Shown here: piece after piece, positions 59,101-64,000 of the stretch
Layout: the number at the start of each line of letters is the position of its first letter
Position numbering within the stretch: the stretch's first letter is position 1
NCBI GenBank assembly: GCA_051362555.1
Contig: CM120641.1
Span: 38,136,401-38,200,400 of the forward strand
From: Lingula anatina
Lineage: Eukaryota; Animalia; Brachiopoda
DNA: 64,000 nucleotides
Direction: 5' to 3'
The notes under the pieces: generated by a model
The model's database searches: none
Seen by the model: only the letters and a program-made list of their open reading frames with translations
Told to the model about the DNA's origin: nothing
Position numbers and translations under genes: made by a program

Positions 59101-62100
59101 CAGGAAAGAAATTTATATAGTAAAAAAAAAAAAAAAACCTGGAAAATTCTTCATTTGGGTGTGCCCTGGTGATTAAGAGAAAACTTCCAAATAACTTGCC
59201 AAAGAAATTAGATAACTTGCCATAGAAATTAGATAACTTGCCATAGAAATTAGATAACTTGCCACAGAAATTAGATAACTTGTCATAGAAATTTACACTC
59301 ATTATGGTTGATGGCTCTGGTGCTTTGGAGCTGTAAATAAATTGATGTGTAAAGTGAACTGGATCAAAATGTTTTCTGATGATTAGTAAACCACTGGCAT
59401 AGAGCTGGATGTGTGGTTGATTTGGTCAGATACCAATTCTGTCACCATTGCATTATTTTCACAAGCTTAGGGTATGAAATCAAGAAAAAATTGATCCTGT
59501 TCATTTTCATGTAATTTCAGTCCTCATTACAGTGGAATAAGATCCCCACTTCTGCGCTTTATGTGTTTTATTTGATTTGGTCAACTACACTGTTAGAATA
59601 TGTAAAATGTCTGTCTTATTGTCGGTTTCAGACTCCAAAGGGAGTAGTGTGTCCAGGAAGGATCAATATCAAGTCCCTACCTAACATAACTGACCAGTTT
59701 ACTTTAGATGGGGAAACAGTACATCAATCATCCAAATCTGTTGATATGATTAAGGTGATGCAGCACTACTGATTAATTATTTTTGTTGAAAATTTTTTTC
59801 AGTTAAGAAAGTACACATGCTTTTGTCTTGTGAGTTCAACCCCCCTTGAAGTCAGCCCAGATAGGTGGTAGATTTTCAAAAAGAATATCTATATTGTAAA
59901 ATGACTTTCTTGTTAATTCTCTATCTGTATGATAAAGGCCTGGGTACTTAGCTTGATTGACAAATAAGTACCTCCAACAATGATTTAAATATTTATTTCC
60001 TATTTCAGGAATTTTATGACTTTTCAGCCAAGATGTTTCGTTTTGACAGGAAGCTGAAACACTCCACGAGACGCTGGAACAGAAACTTGACAGCAAAATA
60101 TGGTGCTGCAAATCTCAAGTTTATTCATGACTACAATGCAGGTAAGTGAAATTATATACTGTACCAGTACAGTGATTTTAAAACTTTTTTCAACAAATTA
60201 ATGTTATTGGCAGCTTCTACATCCATAAGGAGAAAGGGGTCAAATACAATGTAGATGATATGAGCGAAAAGTGTTCAAGTCAGTATGAATATAACTCAAA
60301 AGAATATGTAGGCATTTAGAATTAATAGAACTTATACAGTGTATATTTGAATATTTCTTCAGGCCTAGAGTATGTTATTGATAAAGAAAAGGGGAATTGC
60401 ACAATTCATCCCATTCCTTTACTTGCTTGGGATGGTGAGCAGATGCCAGATCATCATCATCTTAGGATGAAGCATTCTTATGAGATGTGGGAGGGTCAAA
60501 TGTTCAACAACCTGAACACTTCATATGAAGGCCAGGTGAGAACAGCTTGGGATTTACTGTATTTGTTACAGTGTCAGCTCAATGTGATGTCTTTATTTCC
60601 TTAGCCTTTGATTCAAGTCAATGTATAACAAAGCAGAAAAAGTGTTGTGGTTTTTATGATAAATGACTCCTTTGTTATAATCCCATGGTGAAAAGGAGTC
60701 CTAAGAGAGACTGTACTTGATTTTCCAGAGGATGATCAGAGACATTCCGGCAGATGTATGGGTCACCAGTTTCCCCTCAAGGTGGAACAAGAGTCATTAT
60801 GTGACATCAGAAGTATATTTCACCCCAGTAAGATAATGAAATATGTGTTATCTTAAAGTTTGTTGTGTCCTTCACTTGTTTTCATTTAAAAAGAATTACT
60901 TTTCACAGAAGCTTACAAAAAAAAGGCTATTTAATACTTTATGTCAAATTTCAACTCTTCAAGTGATGGGTGGTTTTATTTAAAATATTGCTAAACCCTA
61001 TGCATAAATAAGTTATCAGTTTGAATCAATTATATTTTTACAGGCAAATTGGACTTATACTGTTGAAAACAACGAAAACGAAACCATTGTTCCTGTTGCC
61101 ACTTGGATGAAGTTTGGAAGTGGCAACAAGGTAAGGAGAGTTTAAGTTAAATTTTTTCCTTTTTAATTTTACTGTATGTGAACCCAGTAGCAAAGATAAA
61201 CATTAAATTTTTTTTTTAATGACTTCGTCAGTAAGCATATTTAAGCATCATTAGATGCAATATGAAAAAAACTAAGAACTTTTTTTCTTGAATTCTTTGC
61301 ATCGTACATGTACCACCACTGCTTGGAACTTCTGGCCAAACTATTAATTTTCCTTTGTGATGGTCAAAATTACTGATACAATGGCAGTAGTATTTGTGCT
61401 TGAGGCATACATCTACAATTAGCTTTTTCCTCAGTAATGTCACATATCCTTTGCCCACAACTGTCTGTCTCAATTATTAATTAATACCTAGATAAAATTC
61501 TCTTAAATGTCTGAGAATGATATTCTCCCAATGATGTGCCTAACTTGTGGTACATACCCGGTAGGGAACCACTCCTCTCCTCCTATTGTAAAATTTGCTT
61601 CTTTTTATTTCAGTCTTATGAATTTTTTATGAACATCTTTGAATTTTACAATGGACATCCCGATGAAGATTCCTTTGATATCAGTTCCTGCTATGACCAA
61701 CCTAAGCAGAAGCAGGGCATGGTGTTTAGAGTAGTGGGTAAGAGGTTGTTCACGTGCTTTTAATTTCTGTTTTCTAATGTGTTTACCAAATTTATATATA
61801 TGGTTACACCGTAGCTGTGCAAAAGTCCTGGTACCTATGTTGAATGAAATTCCAATATCTGTATTTTTTTTTTTTTTTTTTGCACTGAAGATTTTATCTT
61901 GGCTACCTTACATACGCTCAACATACTATTTACTAAATATATAAAGGGTAAGACCAGGTTGGCCAGATATCTGGAAGTTTTAAGTTATACTGAGCATTTA
62001 GAGTTTCATAATAGCAGATGAATATTGTCAAAGATGTCACTTTATTCACACAGGCAACTACTTGGATTTGGTCTATGAAAAGAAACGGCCGTTACTTAAA

Positions 62101-63598
62101 GCTGTGAAAAATGCTATTGCCAAGACTGCTAACATCTCCAGCATTAGAGTCCATGACATTTTTGTGAGTTCATGAATTTATTCACAGATAAGTTAATCAC
62201 TGAAAGGTTGTTTGATCTCAGTTATCTTTAAATTCATATTGTAAATTTCTGTTGTTTTTTAAGTTTAGAATGATAACAGGAAGGAGTGACCCATAGTTGT
62301 TTTCTTGTAGCTTTCATATCTCCACTTGTCACTTTCAGTTTGATCAGACCAATGTGAACTATGTGGACGTCTGGTTTACCCTCCTAGAGAAACCTGCAGT
62401 AACTGGTGAGTGACACATACACTATATACTGTAACAACCTTTTTTATTTTGTCTCCAACTCTTAAATTAAAAAGTTATTTAGACCATTTTAAGCAGAAAG
62501 GCTGAAAAATAACCTTGGAAGAAATGAATTGATAAGGAAACTGAACCTAGTGTCTGATGTACATTTGTGATATTAAAGTTAGGCATTTGCTAAAAGTTGA
62601 CTTCAAACAGGAAAATTCATTGAACTCTCTCTGCTTATTGATTTGTTGATACATTTGTTTTGTATCATGGATAATATTTGTCATCTGTACACTGAATCTC
62701 TACTGAAACTTGGTCAAAATGAAGTTTTGAAGAGTTCCGTTTTGTATTTATTTAGGTGATGTGCTGAATGGCACCAAAGATAACACATCTCTCAGTGCTG
62801 CTAAGGCCAATCTAGAAAAGGCTGTTAAGAACAATATGGTTATCACTGTTACATATGATGACCAAAACATCAAGGTAAATATATAGCCATGACACCGTAT
62901 ACCAAAAGTACCTTTCCCACCCACCTCTCCTTCTGCTCACTGTGAGGGTGGTGCATGCAGGGATTGGATGGCCAAGGGTCCTTGTTTGTTCTTTTGTGGA
63001 GTCGATCTCATCCAGCGGTTTCACATTTTAAACTAGCTTGCAGTCAGTTTTTATGGTACTTTGCATTCTTTAAGAGTTTGGCATGGAACTTTGAATGGGG
63101 ATTTCTTTTTTGTGCGTGTGTGTGTGTTTTTGTGTGTGTTTTTTTCCACTTGCATAAGCAATATGAGATTAAAATGTGTGTGACATTGGGTTGTTATTTC
63201 CCTAAGATGTTGCTTTAACTCAATTCTGTTTATTTTTTTAAAAAAGTACTTTTGTCTGGTTATATTAAGAGAATTTTCTAGTGTGATCCATCATTTTTCA
63301 GTATTGTCTTAAGCATACCTAGTGAACAATCTATTGACAGTTGCATCAATAAACTGCTAAATTATTTCATAGCAGATATTTCATTACAGAAACTTTCAAC
63401 TTGTAACTTTCAACTGAAGGACAACATTTGTAGATTATAGCTGCATCTTGCTCACCAGCTTTATGATGAATAGTGAAAGTTTAATATTTTCTCTGTAGAA
63501 TTTGAAAGTGAGACAAGGCTCTTTGTTGACAAGTGAAGATGCACTGGATCCAAGAGTCAGCCCGAAGTATATATATACTACACAAGGTTTTACTGCAG
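56126..63598 (+). CDS. Uncharacterised secreted or type-I membrane glycoprotein with two LolA/ependymin-like repeats (3' partial)
   Basis: Signal peptide MRATVLLVLLSLLFEATLA. Exons 56126-56299, 56884-57016, 57618-57769, 58333-58483, 58947-59059, 59632-59754, 60009-60141, 60363-60535, 60729-60827, 61044-61130, 61614-61737, 62054-62163, 62339-62405, 62756-62874, 63499-63598 stay in frame (about 619 aa). Internal repeat VRGIPVDHW / IRDIPADVW and many N-glycosylation sequons. No stop within the window. The fold assignment is inference. Confidence 0.8.
59191..59293. repeat. 21-bp minisatellite, about 5 copies
   Basis: Unit ATAACTTGCCATAGAAATTAG with single substitutions. Confidence 0.92.
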
Positions 63599-64000
63599 GT
63601 ATGATTGTGGTGCAAATTCTTCTTGGGCACATATCTGGCCATTTTTACAGATCAGCTCTTGGTTATTTGAATGCTTTTCAGTTATTTCTGATAATTACAA
63701 CTAATTCCATCTCAACATTGTCTTCACAGATTTTATAAATTGCACAGTATATTGCTATAAGGAAAATAAGTCAGTTTCAGTTCTCTTCTGGTTTTAAAAA
63801 TGACCCTGTGAGCAAGGATGTGCATTATTGATAAGAGACACAAATATCCAAAGTTTGTACGATAGGGTCTGGGAATGGTCTCTACAAGGCTAATTCAATA
63901 TAGGAATGATGATGTACATCCCATTTTCCCTTTTTTTAAACAAGAAATGCCTATGAGCTTAATAAGGTATGTAAATCAATTATTTTAAAACTAGTTTTAT

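Noticed and set aside
59191-59293. Regular 21-bp repeats as a CRISPR array or coding repeat
   Set aside because: There are no unique spacers and the repeats lie in a eukaryotic intron, so this is a plain minisatellite.

Overview
AT-rich, intron-rich animal genomic DNA. It is probably from a lophotrochozoan, likely a mollusc; this is inferred from gene content and repeat types, not proven. Seven spliced genes can be assembled by hand with GT-AG boundaries and consistent phases: SECISBP2L/SBP2 (+), SLC25A44-like mitochondrial carrier (-), cytosolic aconitase/iron-regulatory protein (+), a 117-aa orphan (-), a sterol C5-desaturase-like gene (+), FIGNL1 (-), and a secreted or membrane protein with two LolA/ependymin-like repeats (+, runs off the window end). 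There are also several non-autonomous DNA transposons and simple repeats. The main finding is a 153-nt, frame-symmetric cassette exon (28064-28216) in the otherwise IRP1-type aconitase gene. It encodes a Cys-rich insert with the PNPGGG and LCPFH motifs of the vertebrate 'IRP2-specific' 73-aa domain, at the same position, with RBFOX-type UGCAUG motifs downstream. One invertebrate gene may therefore make both IRP1-like and IRP2-like proteins by alternative splicing. All exon calls were made by eye and no database searches were run.
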